64,000 nucleotides of DNA, taken from positions 299 through 64,298 of the forward strand of contig JAXJBE010000278.1 in assembly GCA_036303125.1 (NCBI GenBank), read 5' to 3'. The position numbers and the translations under genes are program-made. Numbering within the stretch: position 1 is the stretch's first letter; every line of letters begins with the position of its first letter. The stretch is from Bacteroidaceae bacterium (GTDB lineage Bacteria > Bacteroidota > Bacteroidia > Bacteroidales > Bacteroidaceae). Below, one piece after another: positions 10,438 to 20,162 of this stretch. A model generated the notes under the pieces. It searched no databases. It was not told where the DNA came from and saw only the letters and a program-made list of their open reading frames with translations.

Positions 10438-12087
10438 TTAGAAACTCAGAGCGAAGCCAGCCATGACATTGGCTGAAGGAGCCTGGTAGCCATAGTATCG
10501 GTCGTACTTCTGGCAGAAGAGGTTGCTTCCTCTAACAAAGACGGTGGCAGGCAGTTCAAGAGGCAGAGTGTAACGGATGCCTGCATCGAGGAGCACAGTG
10601 TTCTTGCGCTCAAGAGCATAAGGATGGCTGCCTTCCAGCTCAGGATTGCTGTAGCAGTCGAGCGTCCAGCCTATGCCGAGATAGAGATCCTTGAGGAGAC
10701 GGAGGTCAAGCTGCCAGTCCATTGTGAAGGCAGGGGTGATGTATGAACCTTCCGTCCATCCCCACTCCTGACGAGTGGACTCTATATTAAGGCGGTTGCG
10801 GCCTGTAAGCTTGAGGAAGTCACGGTAGCTGTATGTGATGTCAGCCCCGAAATAGATGTTCTTGTTCTTCTTGAAATCAATAAGAGGCATTATACGGCCA
10901 TCGCGCAGTGGCGTGACAGAGATGATGTCTACGTGATTCTCCGACATGTCGTAGCCTCCATAGATGTCAGCATTGATGCCGCTCTTGGTCTTGAAGCGGT
11001 AGCCGAGACGTGCGTCTAACTGATGAAACTCGTCATTAGCTTCCAAGGGTTCATCGCCAACAGCGGGCAGCATGAAGTAAGGGTTGACGGAGGCGAGATG
11101 ACGCATCTCGTTCTCCCGTTCGTAGCCGCGAGCCTCAGCGTATACCTCGCCAGCGCCATTGACGGTATAAGCAAACTGGATGTCTGGAGCTATGTCGCCC
11201 TCTATATTGGCGAAGATGCCGAGACGAAGACGGACAGCCTCATCGGTGTATGTATAATGGGGCGCAAAAGAGAGACAAGTGTGGTCTTTCAGCTCGTCAT
11301 TGCGATAGTTGAAACGGGAGGCTGACACATCTATGTCTGCGCCGTGCTGCTGAGAGAAAGCATAGGAGGCTTTGCCTTCTGCTATGAACTGCGTCTCGTC
11401 AAGCTTCTTCTGATATGTGGTGAGATAGTTCTGGTTGAAGACTTTCACTCCAGCTTCTCCCTCCACGGTGAAGGCACCGCTGGTATAAGGAGTGAGTCCG
11501 ACAGCCGCATCAAACATGACATTATGCTGCTTGTCGGTGACGGTCGCGGCGCCACGATAATTGAAGAGCTGGTTCTCAAATGTCCCCTTGGCATATACAT
11601 CGGCACCGTCAGCAAGTCGATGTGCATAGCGTATGGATGAGCGGTTAGCATAGAAGCGACTGGTCCAGTCCTTGTCGCCAAAACGTTCGTCCTTTCCTGT
11701 CTTGCCGTTGAAGCCAGAGAGAGAGAGGTCAAATGTCAGAGCGTCCTGTGGGGTGATGTCAAACTGATATATGGCCTGGCCGTCAAGGTTGCCATGGCTA
11801 CCGCCGCCCAGGCGGAGGTGTCCCTTCTTATTGCCCTTATCCACCTCATCGGTAGAGTAATGGCCAAGAGGCGTGTCAGGAAAATCATTGTAGTTCTTGC
11901 CCTGCACGGCATAAGGCATAGTGTAGTGCTTCACCTCAGTCTTGATGGCCTGTGTCTTGACTTCTACTTTCTGCGCCTCTGTGACGATGGGTTTTACTTC
12001 GTTGGTGACCTCAACTGTATTGTCAAGCTGGGCATAAACAGGAGCTGAGGCAAGGAACGAGAATATTGCTAAATGGAAAGACTTCAT
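10438..12087 (-). CDS. Outer-membrane beta-barrel protein of unknown function
   Basis: Signal peptide (MKSFHLAIFSFLASAPVYAQ), alternating-hydrophobicity strands throughout, and a C-terminal aromatic residue (...MAGFALSF). Confidence 0.55.
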   Translation of the reverse strand: MKSFHLAIFSFLASAPVYAQLDNTVEVTNEVKPIVTEAQKVEVKTQAIKTEVKHYTMPYAVQGKNYNDFPDTPLGHYSTDEVDKGNKKGHLRLGGGSHGNLDGQAIYQFDITPQDALTFDLSLSGFNGKTGKDERFGDKDWTSRFYANRSSIRYAHRLADGADVYAKGTFENQLFNYRGAATVTDKQHNVMFDAAVGLTPYTSGAFTVEGEAGVKVFNQNYLTTYQKKLDETQFIAEGKASYAFSQQHGADIDVSASRFNYRNDELKDHTCLSFAPHYTYTDEAVRLRLGIFANIEGDIAPDIQFAYTVNGAGEVYAEARGYERENEMRHLASVNPYFMLPAVGDEPLEANDEFHQLDARLGYRFKTKSGINADIYGGYDMSENHVDIISVTPLRDGRIMPLIDFKKNKNIYFGADITYSYRDFLKLTGRNRLNIESTRQEWGWTEGSYITPAFTMDWQLDLRLLKDLYLGIGWTLDCYSNPELEGSHPYALERKNTVLLDAGIRYTLPLELPATVFVRGSNLFCQKYDRYYGYQAPSANVMAGFALSF

Positions 12088-12130
12088 TCAATTAACGATT
12101 AACAATTAATAATTATTCTGTCTGGGAAGA

Positions 12131-14119
12131 CTACTGCATCCTTTGCTTTATCATGTCTTGGATGTCATCGTCCTCCTTGTAATTGGCCTTGAGCGATTCG
12201 AGAGTCTGCTTAGCCTCTATGGCGCGCTCCTCTGCCTTGTAGATGTCGCTGAGGAGGATGAAGGCACGAGCAAGCCAGTATGGGCGGCCTATACCCTTGT
12301 CAATGGCAGCAAGTATCTGCTGTTCTGCTATCTGATACTGTCCGCTATCATAAAGAGCCTGGGCTGCGAGGACTGGCGCCATGGCCTCAGCTGTCTCTAT
12401 GGAGTCCTGCGCAGCAGCAATGGAGTCTTGTATGGCTATATTAGCCGCCATATTGGCTATTTCATCACTGGCCTTCTGCGCATACTCATTGCCTGGATAT
12501 TTGATGACGATAGACTGGAAGATGGCATTGGCTTCATCAGTGCGGCCTGAAAGGACATTGGCTCTGCCCTGTTCGAAGAGTGCCTTGGCTGAAAGGGAGG
12601 AGTTTGCATACTCCTCTTTCATTCTGTTGATAATGTCTATTTTGCTATCATAGTTGCCGCGGAGTCCTTCTATATAGGCCTGCTGGAGCATTGAATAGTC
12701 GCCAAGGGCATGGTCTGTGGCTTTGGCAAGGGTATATGACTCATTGGCCTTGTCATAGTCGCGCATGTTGAGGTAGCTGTCACCAAGTCGGTTACATGCA
12801 TCGGCTTTCATGGCGGAGTTGGCGTCAGAGGCCTGTGTTATCTTTTCGAATTGGCTGATGGCAGCATTGTAGCGTTGCTGCTTGAAAAGCGCATAGCCAA
12901 GACTGTAGATGGCGTATGTACTGTTCCGGAGTCGACCCAAGGATGTCTGTGTGCCAAGATTGATGGCCGTGTTGAGGTCGTTAGCGGCCAAGGCATAGTT
13001 GCCCAGGCGATAGTTGCAGTCACCCTTGATGTAGTACGACTCGGCATAAGCCTCCGCGTTCCTATTGCCGAGAGCCACCGCATCGCCTGCATAAGAGAGA
13101 GCTTTATTGACTTGATTGGCGTTGAGGGCTTCGAAGGCAAGATTGTATAGCACATTCTGCTTGTCTGTCTGAGCGTCTGCATTAGGTGTCTGCACCTTGT
13201 TGATGGCGCTGAGAGCCTTGGTGTAGTCCTTCTTCGACATGTATGCCTCGGTCAAGCACTGGGAGACAGGTGCAGCATAAGGAGATGAGGGAAACTCAGA
13301 CAGAAACTGTTCCATGACAGTGACGGTCTGCGGCGCAGACTTCTCATGGAGAGTCAGCGCGTAGTTGTAAAGCGCCATCTCACGGACTGCTGGATCAGCA
13401 GCCATCTGGGCGGCACGGGCGAAGGCATCCTGCGCATTGGCTTTGCGAATAAGGCGAAGGTAGGCTATGCCAGCATGAAGCCATGCGTTCTGAGCCATAG
13501 CATCACTGTGCTCGGCGGCAGACTGACTGAGGTTGTCTACAGCCTTCTCGAAGGCACCCTGACGATAGTAGCACATGCCCAGCTTATATAGGGCGACACG
13601 TGTTTTCTCTCCAGCTTCAAGATAATTGACGGCGCGCGCCTCTTCTCCACGGTCGTAGAGACGTTCACCTGCCAATCGGTAAAGGACATCATTGTAGCTG
13701 CTCATCTCGCCAGTAAGGCGCGTGAGGGGATAAGGCAGAGGAGTGGGAACCAAATCGTCTTTCTCCTGTTGGAAGAAAAGGTCAACAGCTTCATCATAAC
13801 GATGAGACTTTATGAGGAGATTGCGCCTGAGGATGTTGACGACACCAGCATACTGAGATTTCTTATTCTCCCCTATCCATGCGCTCATGAGATTGGCTGT
13901 GAATGGACGGTCCAGAACATAGTCGCAGATGAGCATGAGTCCCTCAGCATCGGCTATGCGGCTATCCTCTCCACGGACATTATCTACAAAATGTTCAAAC
14001 TGCTGTCTTGCTCCGATATAATGGCCGTCTGCCAATGCCTTGATGGCATCTTGCTGTGCGTGGGCAGAAAAAGACATTGTGGCCAACAGGCATGTCAGTA
14101 TACTACGGTAATGTTTCAT
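12131..14119 (-). CDS. Secreted tetratricopeptide-repeat (TPR) protein
   Basis: Signal peptide (LLATMSFSAHAQ) and repeated A-x-x-x-Y/F ... G-x-Y-x-x-A helix pairs along its 662 aa. Confidence 0.7.
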   Translation of the reverse strand: MKHYRSILTCLLATMSFSAHAQQDAIKALADGHYIGARQQFEHFVDNVRGEDSRIADAEGLMLICDYVLDRPFTANLMSAWIGENKKSQYAGVVNILRRNLLIKSHRYDEAVDLFFQQEKDDLVPTPLPYPLTRLTGEMSSYNDVLYRLAGERLYDRGEEARAVNYLEAGEKTRVALYKLGMCYYRQGAFEKAVDNLSQSAAEHSDAMAQNAWLHAGIAYLRLIRKANAQDAFARAAQMAADPAVREMALYNYALTLHEKSAPQTVTVMEQFLSEFPSSPYAAPVSQCLTEAYMSKKDYTKALSAINKVQTPNADAQTDKQNVLYNLAFEALNANQVNKALSYAGDAVALGNRNAEAYAESYYIKGDCNYRLGNYALAANDLNTAINLGTQTSLGRLRNSTYAIYSLGYALFKQQRYNAAISQFEKITQASDANSAMKADACNRLGDSYLNMRDYDKANESYTLAKATDHALGDYSMLQQAYIEGLRGNYDSKIDIINRMKEEYANSSLSAKALFEQGRANVLSGRTDEANAIFQSIVIKYPGNEYAQKASDEIANMAANIAIQDSIAAAQDSIETAEAMAPVLAAQALYDSGQYQIAEQQILAAIDKGIGRPYWLARAFILLSDIYKAEERAIEAKQTLESLKANYKEDDDIQDMIKQRMQ

Positions 14120-14192
14120 TTTATATTATTGTATAATCAAATTTCAGCATGAGAGGCGATGAACACCCATCACACATGACAATATCCGAATG

Positions 14193-14200
14193 CAAAGATA
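14193..14200 (-). promoter_or_regulatory. -7 promoter box TATCTTTG for the TPR gene
   Basis: Reverse complement of CAAAGATA, about 75 nt upstream of the 14119 start. Confidence 0.45.
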
Positions 14201-14380
14201 CGGTTATTTAGGTAACGGGACAAAGAATTTAAGTATTTTTCAGTGAATAAGTGCACGTGAAAACGGCAATGCCCAGATAACAAGCATGCGGGATGCTTGC
14301 TTTATGCACAAACATCCCGCATGCAGATAAGAGGTCTTGGCAAAATCAAGACCACGTCAACAGGTCCACCTTTTCATGCC

Positions 14381-14520
14381 AGCGAACTCACATCCCTTGG
14401 CCAGCAAACCCACATCTCTCAGCCAGCAAGCTCAACACCCCTCGGGAGCAAGCTCACAACCCCTCGGGAGCAGGCTCACAAGTAGCTGGGAGCAAGCTCA
14501 CGAGGGGTTGTGAGCAGGCG
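14381..14520. repeat. Degenerate 22-bp tandem repeat, about 6.4 units
   Basis: Units start exactly every 22 bp at 14381, 14403, 14425, 14447, 14469, 14491 and 14513, with consensus AGCAAGCTCACAACCCCTCGGG. Units 4 and 6 form a perfect 14-bp inverted repeat (14453-14466 / 14501-14514), followed by T5. Confidence 0.85.
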
Positions 14521-14599
14521 TCTTTTTCAGAATAGCCAACCCACTGATTTTTATTAGATTCTGCCTTAAGCAGGATAAACCTTATTTTGACGACAACAT

Positions 14600-15433
14600 C
14601 TATGGCAGGTCAACAGTCCAGTAGCTGTGGGTCGGGGTTATCCTCCCGAACTTACCCCACTTCGGGTGATTCTTGAATTTCTGCAACCCTGCGGCAGGAA
14701 CGTTGAGACGTGTGACATGTATCTCGCTGAAGACATCTTCGCCAAGTTCAAAGGGTTCAGTCACCCGAAGGTTGACTTCAACGAGACTGGTGTTGACAAA
14801 GGCCCTGTCATCAATATATTCCATGGTGGTCGGGAGATTCATCTTCTGGACGATGGTGCCGTCAAATGCTCGTTTGCCTATACGCTTGAGCCCGTGCGGC
14901 ATGTTGACTTTCTCCAATCCCCAGCAACCAGCAAAGGCTCCGTCCGGTATCTCCGTGATGCCCTTGGGCAGGACAATGGAGGTGAGCTTTTTGCATGTGC
15001 GGAAAGCATAGGGAGCAATAACGGTGGTGTGGTCAGGCAAACGGAACTCTCCTTTCTTGCCTGGAGGACAAATGAGCAACATCTTCTGGTCCTTTGTGTA
15101 AAGAGCACCATCCTTGGAGGAGAAATGCGTATTGTCTGGATGAACTTCTATAGAGGTCAGTTTGAAGCAATGGTCAAAGACATTAGTCCCTATTGAGTCT
15201 ACGCTGGCAGGGATAATGATTGCTGTGAGCTCTGTACTCTTATAGTAGGCAGAGTCGCTGATGACGGTCTGCCCGTCGGGAATGGTTTCTACCGCAGCGG
15301 TTTGTGAAACTGCAGCACGACTGGACATCTCAGTCTGCAACTGCGTTTTGCCATTGGAACTGACCTCTTGCGCCTGTATGAACAGCGGGGCGACAGACGC
15401 GGCTGCTACAAATAGGGTTATCAATTTTCTCAT
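14600..15433 (-). CDS. BspA-type leucine-rich-repeat (LRR_5) surface protein
   Basis: Signal peptide plus repeated I-P-x-S/G-V/I-x-x-I-G-x-x-A-F-x-x-C-x-x-L units (IPASVDSIGTNVFDHCFKLTSI, LPKGITEIPDGAFAGCWGLEKV). Confidence 0.75.
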   Translation of the reverse strand: MRKLITLFVAAASVAPLFIQAQEVSSNGKTQLQTEMSSRAAVSQTAAVETIPDGQTVISDSAYYKSTELTAIIIPASVDSIGTNVFDHCFKLTSIEVHPDNTHFSSKDGALYTKDQKMLLICPPGKKGEFRLPDHTTVIAPYAFRTCKKLTSIVLPKGITEIPDGAFAGCWGLEKVNMPHGLKRIGKRAFDGTIVQKMNLPTTMEYIDDRAFVNTSLVEVNLRVTEPFELGEDVFSEIHVTRLNVPAAGLQKFKNHPKWGKFGRITPTHSYWTVDLP

Positions 15434-15550
15434 GTCGTGAGTCTAATAACGTTAGGGGTATTTCTTTGTATATTTATCTTGTTCCGACAGTGATAAGCAT
15501 GTTCTGCCGTGAAAGCTTTGCTTGCCTTATATGACTCAAGAGTGAGGGCT

Positions 15551-16963
15551 TCATTCTCCATCGCCCTCCGACTCAAGGATCTGGCTGTCACCTCCGTTGC
15601 GGTCGAGGAAGAATATGACCGCGCGGTTCCACTCGTTGACTTGGTCGTATGGCTGGACTGTGTCGCCCTTGAAATCTATGCGCAGACGTTCCTTGGGCAC
15701 ATTGAACTCGCCGACAAGCATGTCATACACAGCCTGCGCACGCCTCTGTGAGAGACGCAGGTTGTAGGCTGGATAGGCTGTCTCAACGTCGGCATAGCCT
15801 GTGACAATGAGGTTGATATCAGGATGAGTGGCAAGGAAGTTGGCCACGCTCTTGAGGTTCTTCTTCTGTGCTTCCGTGATGTAGTAGCGGTCAACGTAAA
15901 AGGAGATGGTGGTCTGCAGAGCCTCGCTGAGACGCACTTTTTCATAGATTTCCGGCATCATCATGTTGGCATCGTTGAGTTTTTCGTTTGCGTCGCTTGC
16001 CATCTGTGCAAGACGGGCGAGGACATCTGACTCAAGGTGCTTGACGTAGTGGAAACGGCGGCGGTCATGGGAGTCTTTGAAATGGAACTGCGCTCCGATG
16101 AGTATATCCACGTAAGTATCATAGACACGGTCGTATTCGTGACCATTATAGCGGTCGTCTGTGCCGTTCATTGTGACCTCTGCCGTGAAGTCCCAGGCAT
16201 CGTTGAACTTGTATCGTCCCTGAAATCCGACATGAGCGGCGAAGTAGTTAGCAGGCTCGGTGCTGACATCGTATCTGAATGTCTGCGAGCTATTGCCGTC
16301 AGTACTGATGTATTTCACTCCTTCTTTCCATACAGCCAGTTTCTCTTTCTCAAAACCGTAGGAACGATTATAACCAAGGCCTATGATGCCAACAAGGTTG
16401 AAGCGGCGGCTCTCCTTGTATTTGTAAACTATATTGGTGAAGTTGACTAATGCATCAAAGTAACCAGCGAAGACGGTGAACTTATAGTTTCCGAAGGGAT
16501 AGCGGCTCTCTGGCGCAGGATGCCACCCCACTTTAGGCAAATCACAAAGTTCCCAGTCTGCACGTCCCACCTGCGGGCGCACTCCGGCCGTAAGACGAAG
16601 TCCGAAGGTCGGGGAGAGCCATTTACCTATGCCAAGGGTGAAGCTGGGCCTCATGTTGGCGAAGAAATTACCGAATCGGGTGTTCTCCGACATGGAGTGA
16701 CTGATGCCGACCTGTGCCAGGACGAAGACGTTGTCAGCTATCTTATAGTCGTATAGATACGCATAATCATCGTAATAGAGACTGTCGTCAACAAGTTCTA
16801 TTCGTTTATGGTCCTTGCCAGTGGTCGTGAAGTCATTGTCGTCATCATTTGCTTCTTGTGACCATGCGGCTGCGCTTACGATGAATAATAATAAATATAT
16901 ATATAGCCTTTTTGATGTCATCACCTGCAATATGTTGTTCATTTTTGATAATTTTGAATACAT
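15551..16963 (-). CDS. OmpA-family outer membrane protein (beta-barrel plus OmpA_C)
   Basis: C-terminal peptidoglycan-binding domain (LIVTGYADVETAYPAYNLRLSQRRAQAVYDML). The real start is probably MTSKRLYIYLLLF at 16921. Confidence 0.8.
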   Translation of the reverse strand: MYSKLSKMNNILQVMTSKRLYIYLLLFIVSAAAWSQEANDDDNDFTTTGKDHKRIELVDDSLYYDDYAYLYDYKIADNVFVLAQVGISHSMSENTRFGNFFANMRPSFTLGIGKWLSPTFGLRLTAGVRPQVGRADWELCDLPKVGWHPAPESRYPFGNYKFTVFAGYFDALVNFTNIVYKYKESRRFNLVGIIGLGYNRSYGFEKEKLAVWKEGVKYISTDGNSSQTFRYDVSTEPANYFAAHVGFQGRYKFNDAWDFTAEVTMNGTDDRYNGHEYDRVYDTYVDILIGAQFHFKDSHDRRRFHYVKHLESDVLARLAQMASDANEKLNDANMMMPEIYEKVRLSEALQTTISFYVDRYYITEAQKKNLKSVANFLATHPDINLIVTGYADVETAYPAYNLRLSQRRAQAVYDMLVGEFNVPKERLRIDFKGDTVQPYDQVNEWNRAVIFFLDRNGGDSQILESEGDGE

Positions 16964-17011
16964 ACTTAGCTTATTGGGAAGAGAGTTGTGAACGCTTAGG
17001 ATGCGGAGACC

Positions 17012-18232
17012 TTAATCGTTGACAATACACTCTATATAGTTGTAACTGGTCTTTATGTCTTTCTCATCAGCGAAGACTCGTATCTTATGGACTGGAATCT
17101 CATAACGCTCAGTAAGGATGTTGACTATTTCCTTGACGCGGCGACGGAAAAGACGGTCGTCAACGCCAGAACTGTTGGTGATGAAGATAAGGCTCTTGGT
17201 GTCTCTGGTCCATGCGAGTGCGGTGGTGTAGAGATTTGTCTGCTGAAGTCGGTCCACGTCTGTCTGTCCCTCATCAAAGGCGATGAGAGTGTAGATGACC
17301 TTAGCCTCTACATCAAGTGTATCAGCCTGATCGGCCAAATCGTCAAGCCGCTTCTTTGTCTTGTCTTTGGTATCGCCTATTTCCTTAAGTCGCTGGCGGT
17401 AGATAGTCATGTCATGGCGAGGATAGTAGAATCCTGGCGCTTGTCCCCCTTTATTGTTGAATCGATATTTAAGGCCCACGAGGAAATCAACGTGTCCATC
17501 CCAGATATTATCGGAGGTGGGATTGCTGTCGTATGAATTGTCGAGCAAGCTGCCTACAGCTTCGACACAGACGCTCCAGTTGCGAGCGACATAAAAAGCG
17601 GATGCGAGACCGGCACGAATATTTACGAGCGAATGCTGGCGGTTGTCGTACTTATCCTTATTGTGCACTTGCTGTCCATGGCTGTTGTCCATGTCACCGT
17701 TGAAAGCCCCTGTCGTGTAATTGCGGGAGACAGAACCGCCAACTCCAACGACTCCATAGAAGTGGAACTTGCGGTTCTCTTTAAATCCGAGAACGAGATT
17801 TGTGAAGTTTAGCATGTAGTCCACGTTGAGCCCATAGGAATTCCATTTATAACGGCTGTGATTGTAGACAGACATATCTCCCTCAAACTGGTCATCGGTA
17901 ACACCCGTGTTGCGCACGTAGTTAAGTTGAAGGCGTACGGTACTGAGAGGCGTGATGTCCTTGCCCACAGTGATGGCAGATGCGATGCCTTTATTGCGAA
18001 AGAAGGAGATATGGGACATGTCGCTTCCCCAGTTGGTGGAGAATCCACCGTAGAGAGACACTGACCAGTTATCAACAAAGCTGCTGTTAGCAATGTAGCT
18101 TTTCTCAACAAGGGGTACACCCATCTCATCGAGAATCTGTATGATAGAGTCATTATCACGATTGCGCTGTGCAGAGGCTGAGAGGGTGAAACACACACAC
18201 AGCAATGTTGTAAGAATCGTCTTAATATTCAT
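17012..18232 (-). CDS. OmpA-like outer membrane beta-barrel paralog with a divergent C-terminal domain
   Basis: Signal peptide (MNIKTILTTLLCVCFTLSASAQ), with the start moved to 18232. The barrel region is similar to its neighbours, but the C-terminus lacks the canonical TGxxD...SxxRA motif. Confidence 0.6.
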   Translation of the reverse strand: MNIKTILTTLLCVCFTLSASAQRNRDNDSIIQILDEMGVPLVEKSYIANSSFVDNWSVSLYGGFSTNWGSDMSHISFFRNKGIASAITVGKDITPLSTVRLQLNYVRNTGVTDDQFEGDMSVYNHSRYKWNSYGLNVDYMLNFTNLVLGFKENRKFHFYGVVGVGGSVSRNYTTGAFNGDMDNSHGQQVHNKDKYDNRQHSLVNIRAGLASAFYVARNWSVCVEAVGSLLDNSYDSNPTSDNIWDGHVDFLVGLKYRFNNKGGQAPGFYYPRHDMTIYRQRLKEIGDTKDKTKKRLDDLADQADTLDVEAKVIYTLIAFDEGQTDVDRLQQTNLYTTALAWTRDTKSLIFITNSSGVDDRLFRRRVKEIVNILTERYEIPVHKIRVFADEKDIKTSYNYIECIVND

Positions 18233-18346
18233 ATCGAAAAAAACTTCAATTGTTCTGTTATATTGCACGTACACTCCATGTGGTAAGTGTATTTGGAAAT
18301 GCTGTCTTCGATATGAAGACAGCCTATTATTTGATTTATGCGCCAA

Positions 18347-19930
18347 TCATCTATTCAATTCCTTGTCTATAAGCTCGTACTTTGAGTTATTGCTCTTGAA
18401 CTCCGGCACCATGAGTTTCATCATCCTCACAACCTTCATTTCATTATAGGTGCGGCAGACATCGGCCAACTTGTCTATCTGTTGACAGACAACTTCATAA
18501 TCGCCAGAAAGCACCTTGGCCACTCTGATTCTCGGATTGTCAGTAGGTTGTTCTGCTTCGCCTTTGATGAGCACCTCCTCATAAAGCTTCTCTCCTTGTC
18601 TGAGTCCTGTGAACTTAATCTTCACGTCTCTGCGTCCGCTATGTATGATAAGCTTGCGAGCCAAATCTACAATCTTGACAGGACGCCCCATATCAAAGAC
18701 AAAGACTTCCCCCCCCCTTCCCATTGTTCCTGCTTCCAGAACGAGAGCGCACGCTTCAGGAATAAGCATAAAGTAGCGTATGATGTCCGGATGCGCCACT
18801 GTAACAGGTCCTCCAAGTTCTATCTGTTTCTTAAAGAGTGGTATGACAGAGCCATTGGAACCGAGGACATTGCCGAAGCGAGTGGTGACGAACTGCGTGC
18901 CAGACATAGACGGATGCGCTCTTTTCTGATATTCATTGAGACTTTGGACGTACATCTCGCATATTCTCTTGGAGCATCCCATAACGTTGGTGGGATTGAC
19001 AGCTTTGTCTGTAGATATCATCACGAACTTCTTAACCTTATACTGCACAGCGAAGTCGGCCATGATGCGTGTGCCAAGAACATTGTTCAGAATAGCTGAA
19101 CTGGGGTCATCTTCCATCATGGGCACATGCTTGTAGGCGGCGGCATGGAAGACATAATCAGGACGATATTTCTCGAATACACGCTGCATTCGTTCTTTGT
19201 TAGTTATGGTCGTCACGAGATATTCAGTCTCTATATAGCTCCACTTGCTATTCATCTCCAGCTGGAGGTCGTGCATGGGTGTCTCTGCCTGGTCTATAAG
19301 GACAAGGGCTCGCGGCGTGTATGAAGCTATCTGCCTCGCCATCTCACTGCCTATGCTTCCTGCGGCTCCTGTGATGAGCACGCACTTGCCAGATATGAGC
19401 TGACCTATCTTAGCCATGTTGACTTCTATCTCACTGCGAGGCAGAAGTTCAACGTCCTCTCTCACATTCTGTCTGACAATGTCAAAGATACTTCGCGCGA
19501 CTACCCTCCATGAAGTAAGAAGCACTATGGCACATACGGCCGTGAGGACAAAGACTCTGTAGGGCACATCCTCCGTAAACGGCAACAGATTGACAGCCCA
19601 TCTCAGAACTAAGCACAGTCCCGAACCAAGCAAGACTGCAAAAGCCGTCCGGGATAAATCTTTAAACTCAAGCACCCTCGAAACATCTGCGTATGTGTGA
19701 AACACTCTCATGCCCACACAGTAGAATATCATATCAATGAGAAAAGTATATAGCATGTAAGAACCATTGCGGACGAGCTCAGCAGGACCGTACACCAAAC
19801 AATACATAATCACCATGGAGGTGAAGATGACGGAGAAGTCTATTATGCTGACAGCCCAAAAAGGAAGTGCTTCTCGTGAGAAGTACCATTTTTCCAGCTT
19901 ATGTATTATTTCTTTTACAGACTTACACAT
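18347..19930 (-). CDS. capD: Membrane-anchored CapD/PglF/WbpM-type NDP-sugar 4,6-dehydratase
   Basis: N-terminal TM helices followed by a Rossmann motif (VLITGAAGSIGSEMARQI), with YKHVPMME and STDKAVNPTNVMG. Confidence 0.85.
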   Translation of the reverse strand: MCKSVKEIIHKLEKWYFSREALPFWAVSIIDFSVIFTSMVIMYCLVYGPAELVRNGSYMLYTFLIDMIFYCVGMRVFHTYADVSRVLEFKDLSRTAFAVLLGSGLCLVLRWAVNLLPFTEDVPYRVFVLTAVCAIVLLTSWRVVARSIFDIVRQNVREDVELLPRSEIEVNMAKIGQLISGKCVLITGAAGSIGSEMARQIASYTPRALVLIDQAETPMHDLQLEMNSKWSYIETEYLVTTITNKERMQRVFEKYRPDYVFHAAAYKHVPMMEDDPSSAILNNVLGTRIMADFAVQYKVKKFVMISTDKAVNPTNVMGCSKRICEMYVQSLNEYQKRAHPSMSGTQFVTTRFGNVLGSNGSVIPLFKKQIELGGPVTVAHPDIIRYFMLIPEACALVLEAGTMGRGGEVFVFDMGRPVKIVDLARKLIIHSGRRDVKIKFTGLRQGEKLYEEVLIKGEAEQPTDNPRIRVAKVLSGDYEVVCQQIDKLADVCRTYNEMKVVRMMKLMVPEFKSNNSKYELIDKELNR

Positions 19931-20018
19931 GATTTTGATAGTGAAAGGTGTCTTGAAAGTTCATTGTATATTAGGAGATATATGTTTGATGGTCTCCCGA
20001 ATGTAAAGAAAGGTTGTG

Positions 20019-20026
20019 CAAAGTTA
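20019..20026 (-). promoter_or_regulatory. -7 promoter box TAACTTTG for capD
   Basis: Reverse complement of CAAAGTTA, about 90 nt upstream of the 19930 start. Confidence 0.45.
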
Positions 20027-20162
20027 AGTATTTTAGCGATACGAAATCAAATTACATTCACAAACATAAGAAAAAATATGTCAAAAAGATTGCAAAACGA
20101 CAAAAGTCCTTACAAATAGCAACTCGGATTGCAATTTGTCATCCATATAGCTATATCACACA

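Noticed and set aside
14381-14520. Possible CRISPR array (also considered for 48893-48980)
   Set aside because: The units are contiguous 22-bp tandem repeats with no unique spacers between them. There are only 4-6 units, and no cas genes are in the window.
14293-14535. Two overlapping + strand ORFs (80 and 62 aa) in the 14.1-14.6 kb gap
   Set aside because: They are read-throughs of the degenerate 22-bp tandem repeat. There is no promoter box or ribosome-binding context, and the composition is repetitive.
17012-18346. Track start of the middle OmpA-like ORF abutting the capD stop
   Set aside because: The first 38 residues (MAHKSNNRLSSYRRQHF...) precede a textbook signal peptide (MNIKTILTTLLCVCFTLSASAQ). 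The start was moved to 18232.
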